Positions 15,764 through 26,001 of a stretch of DNA of 48,342 nucleotides are shown here, piece after piece. This stretch comes from Candidatus Wildermuthbacteria bacterium RIFCSPHIGHO2_01_FULL_49_22b (GTDB lineage: Bacteria > Patescibacteriota > Minisyncoccia > Minisyncoccales > UBA10102): NCBI GenBank assembly GCA_001823165.1, contig MHTT01000008.1:1-48342 (forward strand), in the 5' to 3' direction. The translations under genes and the position numbers were made by a program. The notes below the pieces were generated by a model. It made no database searches, had not been told where the DNA came from, and was given only the letters and a program-made list of their open reading frames with translations. How positions within the stretch are numbered: the first letter of the stretch is position 1; each line of letters begins with the position of its first letter.

Positions 15764-18700
15764 ATGCCTGTTCCGCAGCCTTCCTTTAAAAACTTTGGCA
15801 AATCCGGCGTTCATTTTCCCTTGCCCTATCTTTTGCAGGTACAGCAGGACAGCTGGAGCCAATTTTGGCGCGGGGATTTTAAAGAACTGCTGCAGGAAAT
15901 CTCGCCCATATACGACCACACGAAAAAAGAGTTTGAGCTGTGGTTTGTGGACTTTAAACTCGGCGAGCCCAACTACGCCACGGACCTGGAGGCCAAAGAA
16001 AACGATGATTCTTTTGAGGCGCCCCTGCGCGTGAAGGTGCGTTTGGTGAACCTCAAAACCAAAGAGCAAAAAGAGCAGGAGATTTTCCTTACTGATTTCC
16101 CCTTGATGACCGAGCGGGGCACGTTCATTATCAACGGGGTGGAGCGAGTCGCCATTTCCCAGCTCATTCGTTCTCCGGGGGCCTTCTTTACCGGACAAGA
16201 AGCCAAGGTAACAAGAAAGCTGTTCGGAGCAAAAATCATTCCCAACCGCGGGGCCTGGCTGGAATTTGAAACGGAAAACTCGGGATTCATCGGTGTTCGC
16301 ATTGACCGAAAAAGAAAGGCGCCCGCCACCACGCTCCTGAAGGCCTTTGGCCTGGAGACTGAGGAAGCCATACAGAGCGCCTTTTCTGACGTGGACAAAG
16401 GCAGCGTGAGTTACATCGCGGAAACCCTGAAAAAAGATACCGCCAAAGGGCAGGGAGAGGCCTTAATGGAGATTTACCGACGGTTGCGCCCCGGCGACTA
16501 CGTCACTCCCGACACCGCAAAAGAACTGATAGGGAACATGTTCTTTAATTTTGAACGATATGACCTTTCCCGGGTGGGGCGATGGAAAACGCTGCAGCGC
16601 CTGCCCGCGTTAAAAAATCCAAAATCCAAAACAGAAGAGGAAGTTTCTCTTAAAGACAGAGTGCTGAAATTAGAAGACATCATTGAGGTTTTGCGGGAAA
16701 TCATCCGTCTCAACAATGCGCCGGGGGCCGTGCCCGACCAGATTGACCACCTGGGAAATCGAAGGGTGAGAACGTTCGCCGAGTTCTTGCAGAACCGCCT
16801 GCGCGTCGGGTTCATGAGAATGGAACGCATCGTGAAAGACAGGATGTCCACCCTTGACGCAAGCATGTTGACGCCTGCCCAGCTGGTGAACCCCAGGCCG
16901 GTCATGGCCATGGTCAAGGAGTTCTTTACGTCATCCCAGATAACGCAGTTCATGGACAATGAAAACCCGCTGGCCGAACTGGAGCACAAAAGAAGGGTGT
17001 CTGCCACGGGACCCGGGGGATTGACCCGAGAGCGGGCCGGCTTTGAGGTGCGGGACGTGCAGCCCTCCCACTACGGAAGGATTTGCCCCATTCAGACCCC
17101 CGAGGGCCCCAACATCGGACTCGTTGGGCATATGGCAAGCTACGCACGCATTAACTCGTACGGATTCCTGGAAACTCCGTACTTTGAGGTGCGCAAAGAG
17201 AAGGTGACCGAAAGGATTAAGTATCTGAACGCGTTTGAAGAAGAGCAGGAGGTTATAGCGCACGCGGGAATTCCCCTGGATGCAAAGGGCGCCATTATCC
17301 CCGACAAGGTGGAAGCCAGGGTTAGGGGGGAAGCGGGAATGGCCGCAAAGAAGGACGTCACGTACATTGACGTGGGCCCCGAGCAGTCCATTTCCGTTGC
17401 CACGGCCCTGATTCCCTTTTTGAGAAACGACGACGCAAACCGCGCACTCATGGGTTCTAACATGCAGCGCCAGGCCGTTCCCTTGCTGCGGGCCGAAAGT
17501 CCTTTGGTGGGAACTGGCCTTGAGGAAAAGGTGGCAAAGGATTCCGGTTTGGCCGTGGTGGCGCAGGAAGACGGGGTTGTAAAGGAAGTTGACGCAAGAC
17601 ATATTACGGTTAAGCCCGCAACCGAGAAATCGCATACCTATGAGCTCAAAAACTTTGTAAGGACAAACCAGTATACTTCCTTTCATCAGCGTCCCATCGT
17701 GGATGTGGGCCAAAAGATAAAAAAAGGACAGGTGATAGCAGACGGGGGCGCCATTGACCAGGGACGCCTGGCTTTGGGAACCAACCTGCTGGTTGCCTTC
17801 ATTTCCTGGCGGGGAGGCAACTACGAGGACGCCATTATCTTGTCTGAACGCCTGGTAAAGGATGACCGGTACACCTCAATCCATATTGAGGATTTTGTGG
17901 CCGACATCAGGGAAACCAAGCTGGGCCCAGAACTGACCACATCAGACATTCCCAACGTAGGGGAGGAGAAATTAAAGGATTTGGACGAAGAGGGAGTGGT
18001 GCGCGCGGGGGCTGAAGTGGGGCCCAACGACATTCTGGTTGGTAAGATTTCTCCCAAAGGGGAAGCCGATCTCACGTCGGAAGAACGGCTCTTGCGAGCC
18101 ATATTCGGGGAAAAGGCGCGGGACGTGAAAGACAGCTCTTTGCTGATGCCCCACGGAAAGCGTGGGCGGGTGGTTTCCGTAAAAGTGTTTGAACGCGTCC
18201 AGGGCCATAAGCTAGAGCCCGGGGTGATAAAGCGCATCCATGTTGAGGTGGCAGAGCTTAGAAAAGTGCAGCCGGGAGACAAGCTGGCAGGAAGACACGG
18301 CAACAAAGGGGTCATTTCCTTTGTACTCCCCGAAGAGGATATGCCCTTTATGGAAGACGGAACCCCCGTGGATATTGTTTTAAACCCGTTGGGGGTTGCT
18401 TCCCGAATGAACATCGGCCAAATCCTGGAAACGCATCTTGGCTGGGCGGCAAAGAAGCAAGGGTACTTTGCTTTGACCCCGGGCCTGGCGGGAGCAAATG
18501 AAAAAGACATCAAAGCGGAACTCAAGGCAGCCGGGCTCCCGGAAGACGGTAAGGTGACCCTGTTTGACGGCAGGGACGGAACGTCCTTCCCCCAGAAAAT
18601 CACGGTGGGCATGATATATATGATGAAGCTCATTCACATGGTGGAAGACAAGATTCACATGCGCTCCATTGGCCCCTATTCTTTGATTACCCAGCAGCCC

Positions 18701-18997
18701 CTGGGAGGGAAAGCGCAGTTTGGAGGACAGCGGTTCGGGGAAATGGAGGTGTGGGCGCTGGAAGGATACGGGGCCTCTCACATCCTCCAGGAAATGCTTA
18801 CCATCAAGTCAGACGATGTTCCGGGAAGGGCAGCCACGTATGAAAGCATCCTGCGGGGACAGCCCATTCAAACCCCCAACCTGCCTGCCTCCTTTTCGCT
18901 TTTACTTGCTGAATTGAGGTCGCTTGGCCTTAACATTGAAGTAAAGGAGACGCAACGGGCGGAAAGAAAACAAGAAGACGAAAGAGAAAAATCCTAA
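15764..18997 (+). CDS. rpoB: DNA-directed RNA polymerase subunit beta
   Basis: Full-length conserved RpoB (FMDNENPLAELEHKRRVSATGPGGL, NMQRQAVPL, GRHGNKGVIS, GGQRFGEMEVWALEGYGA). The ORF is open from TTG 15746 and ATG 15764 is preferred. Confidence 0.97.
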   Translation: MPVPQPSFKNFGKSGVHFPLPYLLQVQQDSWSQFWRGDFKELLQEISPIYDHTKKEFELWFVDFKLGEPNYATDLEAKENDDSFEAPLRVKVRLVNLKTKEQKEQEIFLTDFPLMTERGTFIINGVERVAISQLIRSPGAFFTGQEAKVTRKLFGAKIIPNRGAWLEFETENSGFIGVRIDRKRKAPATTLLKAFGLETEEAIQSAFSDVDKGSVSYIAETLKKDTAKGQGEALMEIYRRLRPGDYVTPDTAKELIGNMFFNFERYDLSRVGRWKTLQRLPALKNPKSKTEEEVSLKDRVLKLEDIIEVLREIIRLNNAPGAVPDQIDHLGNRRVRTFAEFLQNRLRVGFMRMERIVKDRMSTLDASMLTPAQLVNPRPVMAMVKEFFTSSQITQFMDNENPLAELEHKRRVSATGPGGLTRERAGFEVRDVQPSHYGRICPIQTPEGPNIGLVGHMASYARINSYGFLETPYFEVRKEKVTERIKYLNAFEEEQEVIAHAGIPLDAKGAIIPDKVEARVRGEAGMAAKKDVTYIDVGPEQSISVATALIPFLRNDDANRALMGSNMQRQAVPLLRAESPLVGTGLEEKVAKDSGLAVVAQEDGVVKEVDARHITVKPATEKSHTYELKNFVRTNQYTSFHQRPIVDVGQKIKKGQVIADGGAIDQGRLALGTNLLVAFISWRGGNYEDAIILSERLVKDDRYTSIHIEDFVADIRETKLGPELTTSDIPNVGEEKLKDLDEEGVVRAGAEVGPNDILVGKISPKGEADLTSEERLLRAIFGEKARDVKDSSLLMPHGKRGRVVSVKVFERVQGHKLEPGVIKRIHVEVAELRKVQPGDKLAGRHGNKGVISFVLPEEDMPFMEDGTPVDIVLNPLGVASRMNIGQILETHLGWAAKKQGYFALTPGLAGANEKDIKAELKAAGLPEDGKVTLFDGRDGTSFPQKITVGMIYMMKLIHMVEDKIHMRSIGPYSLITQQPLGGKAQFGGQRFGEMEVWALEGYGASHILQEMLTIKSDDVPGRAATYESILRGQPIQTPNLPASFSLLLAELRSLGLNIEVKETQRAERKQEDEREKS

Positions 18998-19085
18998 GAA
19001 ATCCTAAATCCGATTTAGAGAAATCCTAGATTTAGTAAGAAATCCTAAATCCGATTTAGTAAGAAATCCTAAATCCGATTTAGAA
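18988..19085 (+). repeat. Tandem array of family C REP-like palindromes in the rpoB-rpoC spacer
   Basis: cctaaatccgatttag at 19003-19018, 19044-19059 and 19068-19083, with a degenerate copy at 19024-19035, at ~24-nt period (aagaaatcctaaatccgatttagt). All are in the CCG orientation. The rpoB TAA stop (18995-18997) lies in a partial unit aaatcctaag. Confidence 0.85.
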
Positions 19086-19125
19086 ATTTTAGAAATTAGA
19101 ATTTAGAGTTTTAGTTTTAGCATAC

Positions 19126-22100
19126 ATGAGGGTAACCGATTTAGAATCCATTCGAATAAAGCTCGCCTCCCCGGACAACGTTTTGGCGTGGTCTCACGGG
19201 GAGGTTACGAAGCCCGAAACCATCAACTACCGCACCCAGCGCGCGGAAAAGGAAGGTTTGTTTGACGAGCGCATCTTTGGTCCGGAAAAGGACTATGAGT
19301 GCTATTGCGGCAAGTACCGCAAGATACGCTACAAGGGCGTGGTGTGCGACCGGTGCCAAGTGGAGGTGACCAAATCCTCGGTGCGCCGCGAGCGCATGGG
19401 CCACATCAAGCTGGCCTCGCCCTGCTCGCACATCTGGTTTCTGCGGGGGGTGCCCTCGCGCATGGGCCTTGTTTTGGATATTCCTTCTGGCGCCTTGGAG
19501 CGCGTCATCTACTTTGCCTCGTATATCATCACCAAGGTGAACGAGGAGGCAAAAGCCAAGGCCGCAGACGAGATTGAGGCGGAATTCAAGCAGAAATTCA
19601 AGAACAAGGGAGAAGAAGAAAAGCAGCAGCTCAAGGGAGCGCGCGACCGGGCCAGAGAAGAGCTCAAGCTCCTCCAGCCCTTGAAAATCCTTTCTGAAGC
19701 AGAGTATCAGAACCTTTCTTTAAAGTACGGCCAGGCCTTTGAGGCGGGAACCGGAGCTGGAACCCTAAGAAAAATATTTCAAGAAGTGGATTTAAAGAAG
19801 CTTCTCAATCAGGTAAAAAAAGACCTGGAAAAGGCGAGTTTGGTGACGAAACGAAAACTCTTGGTCAGGATGCGACTGCTGCAGGGAATGCTGGAGTCCT
19901 CTATTCGCCCCGAATGGATGTTTTTCACCCACTTGCCTGTTCTTCCTCCCGACCTGCGTCCCATGGTGCAGCTGGACGGGGGAAGGTACGCTTCCTCTGA
20001 CTTAAACGACCTGTACCGCAGGGTGATTAACCGCAACAACCGCTTAAAGTATCTGCTGGAAATTGAGGCCCCGGACGTGATTGTGCGCAACGAGAAGCGC
20101 ATGCTGCAGGAAGCCGTGGACGCCCTGATTGACAACTCTATGAGAAAAGGACAACTCACGTCAGCTACCACGGGAGGAAGGCGCCTGTTAAAGTCCCTAG
20201 CGGACATGCTCAAGGGAAAGCAGGGACGGTTCCGCCAGAACCTGCTGGGAAAGCGTGTGGACTACTCGGGGAGGTCGGTCATTGTGGTGGGTCCCACCAT
20301 GAGTTTGAAGAACGTGGGACTGCCAAAGCGCATGGCCCTGGAGCTGTTTAAGCCCTTTGTGATTCAAAAAATCCTTGAACGGGAGTTTGCCTTCAATGTC
20401 CGGGGAGCAAATCGGCTTATTGAACAGGAAACCAACGATGTATGGGCGATTTTGGAAGAGGTTGTCGCAGAAAGAATGGTGCTCTTGAACCGCGCGCCGA
20501 CTCTTCACCGCTTGGGCATCCAGGCCTTTTACCCGCAGCTCGTGGAAGGGGAGGCCATCCGCCTGCATCCTCTGGTGTGCTCCGCCTTCAACGCGGACTT
20601 TGACGGAGACCAGATGGCCGTCCATGTGCCTCTGTCCAAAGAGGCCCAGGAAGAGGCCAGAAACCTGATGCTGTCGGCAAACAATCTGTTAAAGCCCGCC
20701 ACGGGAATCCCGGTGGCCGGTCCCCGCCAGGATATGGTGCTCGGCTGCTATTACTTGACCGGCGCAGACAAAAAACCGCAGGAACAAAAGAAGAGTTTTT
20801 CGTCTCCGCAGGAGGTCCTGCTTGCCATGGAAGCCGGGGCTGTCGGGTTGCGGGACGCCATACGGGTGCGTATGCCAAAGACCTGGGGAGGGGACGGTAT
20901 TTCTCTTGCGGAAACCACGCCAGGCCGCCTCATTTTCAACGAGTCCTTGCCTTCCGGGTTCCCGTTTGTCAACGAACAGATTACCGCAAAAAGAATGGAA
21001 CGCCTGGTGGCGGATATTATTAAGCATTATCCTGCCGAGGAGGCCCCCGGCATGTTAGACAAAATCAAGGAGCTGGGATTTGAATATGCGACCAAGTCCG
21101 GAATCACTTGGGGCATGGATGATCTGACGGTCCCGGAAGAAAAGAAAGAGCTGCTGGGGCAAGCTGCGCAAGAGATTGAAGTCATTGATTCCCATTTTGC
21201 AAGGGGATTGCTTTCCAAGGAGGAGAGGTCGGCTAAGGTCATTGAAATCTGGCAGCGGGTGAAGTCCGCGGTGGAAAAACTCGTGCCGAAATCCCTGCCT
21301 GAAGGCGGTTCGGTCTTTTCCATTATTGACTCCGGGGCAAGGGGTTCTTGGTCCCAGCCCGTGCAGATGGCGGGCATGAAGGGCTTGGTGATTAACCCGG
21401 CAGGCCGCATTATTGAGCTGCCCGTCAAGAGTTCTTTCAAGGAAGGGTTTGACGTACTGGAGTACTTCATTTCCACGCACGGGGCAAGAAAGGGAACCGC
21501 GGACACCGCCTTGAGAACGTCCACGGCAGGGTATCTTACCCGCCGTTTGATTGACGTTGCCCATGACGTGCTGGTAACCTTGCATGACTGCAAAGACACG
21601 GCGGGCATCGTCATTACCAAGGCCGTGGCCCAAGAGCTGGGCCAGAACATTGCTTTAAAGCTTGCTGGCAGGATTTCCCTGCAGGACCTGAAAGGAATTG
21701 TGAAGAAAGGAGGGTACATTGATTGGGACAAGGCCCAGGCAATTGGAGAAGACGAGAAGGTAAAGGAGGTGTGGGTACGCTCGCCTTTGTCGTGCCGCGC
21801 GGTGCGGGGAGTGTGCCAGCTGTGCTACGGATGGGATATGGGCAGGAACAGGGAGATTGAGCTGGGAGCGGCTGTTGGCATCGTGGCGGCCCAATCCATT
21901 GGAGAGCCGGGAACGCAGCTTACCATGAGAACATTCCACACGGGAGGGGTTGCTGGAGGAGGCGACATTACCCAGGGACTTCCCCGCGTAGAGGAAATCT
22001 TTGAAGGAAGGGTTCCGAGCGGCAAGGCCGTCTTATCAGAGCTTGCAGGGAAAGTGGTTGAGATAACTCCAGAGGGCGCGGTGAAGATACAAGCAACAAT

Positions 22101-22716
22101 TGACAATTTACAATTGACAATTGACAAGAAGAATAGTCGTCAAAAGTCAAAAGTCAAGAGTCAAGAGTCAATCGTGGAATACCAGATTCCCGCAAAGCGG
22201 GCTTTGTGGGTAAAGCTTGGAGACCAGGTCGTGAAAGGGCAGCAACTGTGCGAAGGGCACCCGGACCTTCAAGAGATATTTTCCCTCACCGGAAAGGACG
22301 GCGCGGCGTCTTATATCGTCAGAGAAGTGCAAAGTATTTACACTTCCCAGGGCGCTTCCATCCACGACAAGCATATTGAGACCATAGCGCGCCAGATGTT
22401 TTCCCGCATCAGAATCAAGGATGCGGGAGACGCCGCCTTCACGGAAGGGGAAGTGGTAGAAAGGGCCGTATTTCTGGAAGAAAACGCCAAGGTCAAGAAG
22501 CTTTCAAAGAGAGGAGCCGTGGGCTCCCAGCTTCTCTTGGGCATTTCCAAAATTGCCCTCACCACGGACAGCTTTCTGTCCTCGGCCTCGTTCCAGGAAA
22601 CCTCCCGCGTTTTGATTAAGGCCTCTCTGGAAGGCAAGGAAGACCGCCTGCGGGGTCTGAAAGAAAACGTGATTATCGGGAAGCTTATTCCTGCGGGAAC
22701 CGGGTTCAAGAAATAA
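19126..22716 (+). CDS. rpoC: DNA-directed RNA polymerase subunit beta-prime
   Basis: Zn-finger CYCGKYRKIRYKGVVCDRCQVEV, catalytic NADFDGDQMAVHVPLS, trigger-loop region GEPGTQLTMRTFHTGG and C-terminal ASFQETSRVL. Confidence 0.97.
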   Translation: MRVTDLESIRIKLASPDNVLAWSHGEVTKPETINYRTQRAEKEGLFDERIFGPEKDYECYCGKYRKIRYKGVVCDRCQVEVTKSSVRRERMGHIKLASPCSHIWFLRGVPSRMGLVLDIPSGALERVIYFASYIITKVNEEAKAKAADEIEAEFKQKFKNKGEEEKQQLKGARDRAREELKLLQPLKILSEAEYQNLSLKYGQAFEAGTGAGTLRKIFQEVDLKKLLNQVKKDLEKASLVTKRKLLVRMRLLQGMLESSIRPEWMFFTHLPVLPPDLRPMVQLDGGRYASSDLNDLYRRVINRNNRLKYLLEIEAPDVIVRNEKRMLQEAVDALIDNSMRKGQLTSATTGGRRLLKSLADMLKGKQGRFRQNLLGKRVDYSGRSVIVVGPTMSLKNVGLPKRMALELFKPFVIQKILEREFAFNVRGANRLIEQETNDVWAILEEVVAERMVLLNRAPTLHRLGIQAFYPQLVEGEAIRLHPLVCSAFNADFDGDQMAVHVPLSKEAQEEARNLMLSANNLLKPATGIPVAGPRQDMVLGCYYLTGADKKPQEQKKSFSSPQEVLLAMEAGAVGLRDAIRVRMPKTWGGDGISLAETTPGRLIFNESLPSGFPFVNEQITAKRMERLVADIIKHYPAEEAPGMLDKIKELGFEYATKSGITWGMDDLTVPEEKKELLGQAAQEIEVIDSHFARGLLSKEERSAKVIEIWQRVKSAVEKLVPKSLPEGGSVFSIIDSGARGSWSQPVQMAGMKGLVINPAGRIIELPVKSSFKEGFDVLEYFISTHGARKGTADTALRTSTAGYLTRRLIDVAHDVLVTLHDCKDTAGIVITKAVAQELGQNIALKLAGRISLQDLKGIVKKGGYIDWDKAQAIGEDEKVKEVWVRSPLSCRAVRGVCQLCYGWDMGRNREIELGAAVGIVAAQSIGEPGTQLTMRTFHTGGVAGGGDITQGLPRVEEIFEGRVPSGKAVLSELAGKVVEITPEGAVKIQATIDNLQLTIDKKNSRQKSKVKSQESIVEYQIPAKRALWVKLGDQVVKGQQLCEGHPDLQEIFSLTGKDGAASYIVREVQSIYTSQGASIHDKHIETIARQMFSRIRIKDAGDAAFTEGEVVERAVFLEENAKVKKLSKRGAVGSQLLLGISKIALTTDSFLSSASFQETSRVLIKASLEGKEDRLRGLKENVIIGKLIPAGTGFKK
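22097..22172 (+). repeat. Family A heptamer-array hairpin element translated within rpoC
   Basis: caa TTGACAA TTTACAA TTGACAA TTGACAA gaagaat agtcgtc AAAAGTC AAAAGTC AAGAGTC AAGAGTC aat, encoding TIDNLQLTIDKKNSRQKSKVKSQES. Homologous to 36963-37036 and to the reverse complement of 34589-34662. Confidence 0.85.
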
Positions 22717-22725
22717 CAGAAACCA

Positions 22726-22750
22726 AAAATCGCCTTCAAGGCGGTTTTTT
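22726..22750 (+). terminator. Rho-independent terminator after rpoC
   Basis: aaaaatCGCCttcaaGGCGgtttttt, a short GC stem flanked by an A-run and a T-run, 10 nt after the stop. Confidence 0.55.
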
Positions 22751-22799
22751 GGTACAATAGGGTGGAGGATATTCTCTAGGTTTGATATAATAAGGGAAC

Positions 22800-24968
22800 G
22801 TGGCACGGAAAAAACGCAAGAAGAATAACGTGAACAAAAGAGGATTCCATCTTGATGTTCCAGAGGATGCCAAGCGAAAGATTGCCGGCGTTTTGATGTT
22901 TGTGCTGGCTCTCATTTTTGCCTTTGCCTTTTTTCAGAAGGCGGGGTCGGCGGGCGTCCTGCTCTTTGACGGCGCCGCTCTTTTAGCTGGGAAGGTGGTA
23001 TTCTTGATTCCCCTGTTTTTGGTTATCTCGGGCCTGGTGTTCTTTGGCATGAGGTACTGGGGCCTTTGGCAGGTGATGCTTGCCTTGCTGCTGCTGTTTT
23101 TGGGTGCGGGGGGAATCGTGGGGACTCTTGCGCGTTCTCAAGAAATGAACATTCAGCAAGCAGCCGGCTGGCTGGGGTTCTTGGTGTCCTGGCCCGTGTT
23201 TTCTGCCTTTGGGTTCTGGGTGGCAGAGATTATCTTTGCCGCTTTGGTTGCGGTTTCAGGCATCATCTTCTGGCAGTTATTAGACCATGAGAAGATTGGA
23301 GAATCTTCGTTTGCCCAGGGGGCGAAAGAGAAGATGCGGAAAATCTTTGAACCGAAGTTCAGCGTGGAGTCCGTGGAACCTGAAGTGAAAGGCCAGGAGT
23401 TAGCTCCCAAGGAAGAAGAAAAAGTCGCCTCATCAGCGACCCACCGAGAAGGCGGAAAAGAGGAGGGGGGCTTTCAGACCTTGCCTCTGGCCGGCAGCTA
23501 TCAATTTCCGCCTGCCTCCATTTTAGAGTCAGAAAGCGGCGTTCCCAACGCGGGGGATATTAAAATATATTCTGCCATCATTAAAAAAACCCTGGCGAAC
23601 TTTGACATCCCCGTGGAGATTTCCGAGGTGAACATTGGCCCTGCGGTCACCCAGTACGCCTTCAAGCCCGCGGAAGGCATTAAACTGGCCCGCATCACGG
23701 CCCTTTCCAACGACTTGGCCTTGGCCTTGGCGGCCCACCCCATTCGTATTGAAGCCCCCATTCCGGGAAGGTCCCTGGTGGGCATTGAGATTCCCAACAA
23801 GGTGCGCACCGTGGTTCGCCTGCGCACCCTGATTGAGAACTCCAGGTTTAAGAATTCCCCCGACCCTTTGCTTTTTTCCCTGGGAAAGGATGTTGCGGGA
23901 AACCCCATTTTCACGGATTTGGCCCACATGCCCCATCTTCTGGTAGCTGGGGCCACGGGAACGGGCAAGACCATTGCCTTGAGCAACATTATCTTGAGCC
24001 TGATTTACCGCAACCCGCCTTCCCGGGTACGTTTCATTCTTGTTGACCCAAAGCGGGTGGAGTTCCCGGTGTACAACGACCTTTCCCATCTCTTGACCCC
24101 CGTCATCTTGGACACCCAGCGCGCCCTGAATGCCTTAAAATGGCTGGTCAAGGAAATGGAGCGAAGGTTTCTGGCGCTCTCGGCCGCGCGCGCCAGGGAC
24201 ATTGCAAGCTATCACGTCCTCCAGCAGCAGGGGCAAGAGAAAGGAAAGAAAAAAAGAGGAGAGGACCAGGATACCATGCCCTACATTGTAGTTATCATTG
24301 ATGAATTAGCCGATCTTATAGCCTCAAGGGGAAAAGAGATTGAGGCCTTGGTGGTGCGTTTAGCTCAGATGGCGCGGGCCGTAGGCATTCACCTGGTCTT
24401 GGCAACCCAGCGCCCTTCCGTGGAGATTATCACCGGACTCATTAAAGCCAACATTACCTCGCGCGTTGCATTTCAGGTCGCCTCGCAAGTGGATTCCAGG
24501 ACCATTCTGGATGCAGCCGGAGCAGAAAAGCTCCTGGGAAGGGGAGACATGCTGTTTATTTCCTCTGAATTTTCCCGTCCAAAGAGGATTCAGGGTGCGT
24601 ATGTTTCAGACAAGGATGTCAAGCGCGTGGTGGAATGGATTCAAAAGAACACCAAGGATTTTGTGAGGGAAGGAATAGCGGAAGATGAGCTTTCCCAGGC
24701 CGCGACAGAGGGCATGGGAGTTGCGTCCAGCGGGGACCGCGAAGACCCAATGTACGAGGAGGCAAAGCGCTTGGTGGTGGAGTACAAAAAGGCATCCGCC
24801 TCCCTGCTGCAGCGGCGCCTGAAGGTTGGATACGCCAGGGCAGCCCGTCTGCTGGATATTTTGGAAGAGCGGGGAGTCATTGGCCCGGGAGAGGGGGCAA
24901 AACCCAGGGAAGTGTACGGGTCGCCCCAAGGAGAAAGCTCAAAGGCCTCTGACTGGTTCAGTCCTTAG
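22800..24968 (+). CDS. ftsK: FtsK/SpoIIIE-family DNA translocase
   Basis: GTG start. N-terminal TM helices. Motor domain with VAGATGTGKT, IVVIIDELADL and ATQRPS. C-terminal gamma winged helix (LLQRRLKVGYARAARLLDILEERGVIG). Confidence 0.93.
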   Translation: MARKKRKKNNVNKRGFHLDVPEDAKRKIAGVLMFVLALIFAFAFFQKAGSAGVLLFDGAALLAGKVVFLIPLFLVISGLVFFGMRYWGLWQVMLALLLLFLGAGGIVGTLARSQEMNIQQAAGWLGFLVSWPVFSAFGFWVAEIIFAALVAVSGIIFWQLLDHEKIGESSFAQGAKEKMRKIFEPKFSVESVEPEVKGQELAPKEEEKVASSATHREGGKEEGGFQTLPLAGSYQFPPASILESESGVPNAGDIKIYSAIIKKTLANFDIPVEISEVNIGPAVTQYAFKPAEGIKLARITALSNDLALALAAHPIRIEAPIPGRSLVGIEIPNKVRTVVRLRTLIENSRFKNSPDPLLFSLGKDVAGNPIFTDLAHMPHLLVAGATGTGKTIALSNIILSLIYRNPPSRVRFILVDPKRVEFPVYNDLSHLLTPVILDTQRALNALKWLVKEMERRFLALSAARARDIASYHVLQQQGQEKGKKKRGEDQDTMPYIVVIIDELADLIASRGKEIEALVVRLAQMARAVGIHLVLATQRPSVEIITGLIKANITSRVAFQVASQVDSRTILDAAGAEKLLGRGDMLFISSEFSRPKRIQGAYVSDKDVKRVVEWIQKNTKDFVREGIAEDELSQAATEGMGVASSGDREDPMYEEAKRLVVEYKKASASLLQRRLKVGYARAARLLDILEERGVIGPGEGAKPREVYGSPQGESSKASDWFSP

Positions 24969-24993
24969 AGATTTTCAATAGTAATATAAAGTT

Positions 24994-26001
24994 ATGCCAA
25001 AGAAAAAATCAGAACCAAAAGAGTTAGCCGACCTCCAAGAGGCCATTGATGAGATAAAGCAAAGATTCGGGGAGGGAGCCATTATGAAACTTTCGGAAGC
25101 TACAGCCATGGACGTTGAGGTTATCCCCACCGGCTCTGTTTCCATTGATTTGGCCCTGGGAGTAGGGGGCATACCCAGAGGACGGGTGGTTGAAATCTAT
25201 GGACCAGAAGCCACCGGCAAGACAAGTTTGTCGCTGCATATTATAGCTGAAGCTCAAAAAAAAGGCGGAGTCGCCGCGTTTATTGACGCTGAACACGCCC
25301 TGGACCCTGACTATGCAAAGAGGATTGGAGTGAAGGTGGAGGATCTCTTAATCTCCCAGCCCGATTCGGGCGAGCAAGCCCTGCAGATATTGGAAACCCT
25401 GGTGCGCTCGGGCGAGGTAGACGTTATCGTTGTTGACTCCGTGGCGGCGCTCACCCCCAGAAACGAGATTGCAGGGGAGATGGGGGAATTTCAAATTGGC
25501 CTGCAGGCCCGGCTCATGTCTTCTGCCCTGCGGAAATTGTCTGCCATTGTTTCCAAAACCAAAACCACGGTTATTTTCTTGAACCAGATTAGAATGAAAA
25601 TCGGGATTGTCTATGGCAATCCGGAAGTCACGCCGGGAGGTCTGGCCCTCAAGTTCTACTCTTCCGTGCGCATTGAGCTGAGAAGAATAGCGCAGTTAAA
25701 ATCAGGGGATCAGATTATCGGGAACCGCGTTCGGGCAAAGATTGTCAAAAACAAAGTGGCCCCTCCGTTCAAGACCTGCGAGTTTGACATCTACTACAAC
25801 GAGGGGATTTCGGCTGCAGCAGATCTCTTGAACGCGGGGGTCAAGGAAGGAGTGGTAACGAAAGCCGGCTCCTGGCTGCAGTACGAAACCGTAAGGATGG
25901 GCCAGGGCATGGAGGCCTCAAGAAAGTTCCTGGGAGAGAACCCCAAGATTGCAAAGGAAATCCGAGAAAAGCTACTTTTGCGAGGCAGAGAGCAGGCCTA
26001 G
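24994..26001 (+). CDS. recA: Recombinase RecA
   Basis: [10 protein letters not shown] Walker [21 protein letters not shown] and [10 protein letters not shown]. Confidence 0.97.
   Translation: MPKKKSEPKELADLQEAIDEIKQRFGEGAIMKLSEATAMDVEVIPTGSVSIDLALGVGGIPRGRVVEIYGPEATGKTSLSLHIIAEAQKKGGVAAFIDAEHALDPDYAKRIGVKVEDLLISQPDSGEQALQILETLVRSGEVDVIVVDSVAALTPRNEIAGEMGEFQIGLQARLMSSALRKLSAIVSKTKTTVIFLNQIRMKIGIVYGNPEVTPGGLALKFYSSVRIELRRIAQLKSGDQIIGNRVRAKIVKNKVAPPFKTCEFDIYYNEGISAAADLLNAGVKEGVVTKAGSWLQYETVRMGQGMEASRKFLGENPKIAKEIREKLLLRGREQA

Noticed and set aside
18988-19085. Regularly spaced repeats that could be mistaken for a mini-CRISPR array
   Set aside because: The period is only ~24 nt and the spacers are 8 nt of constant sequence (taagaaat). 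The repeat is the same palindrome that flanks the RayT-like gene, and no cas genes are nearby. This is a REP array, not CRISPR.
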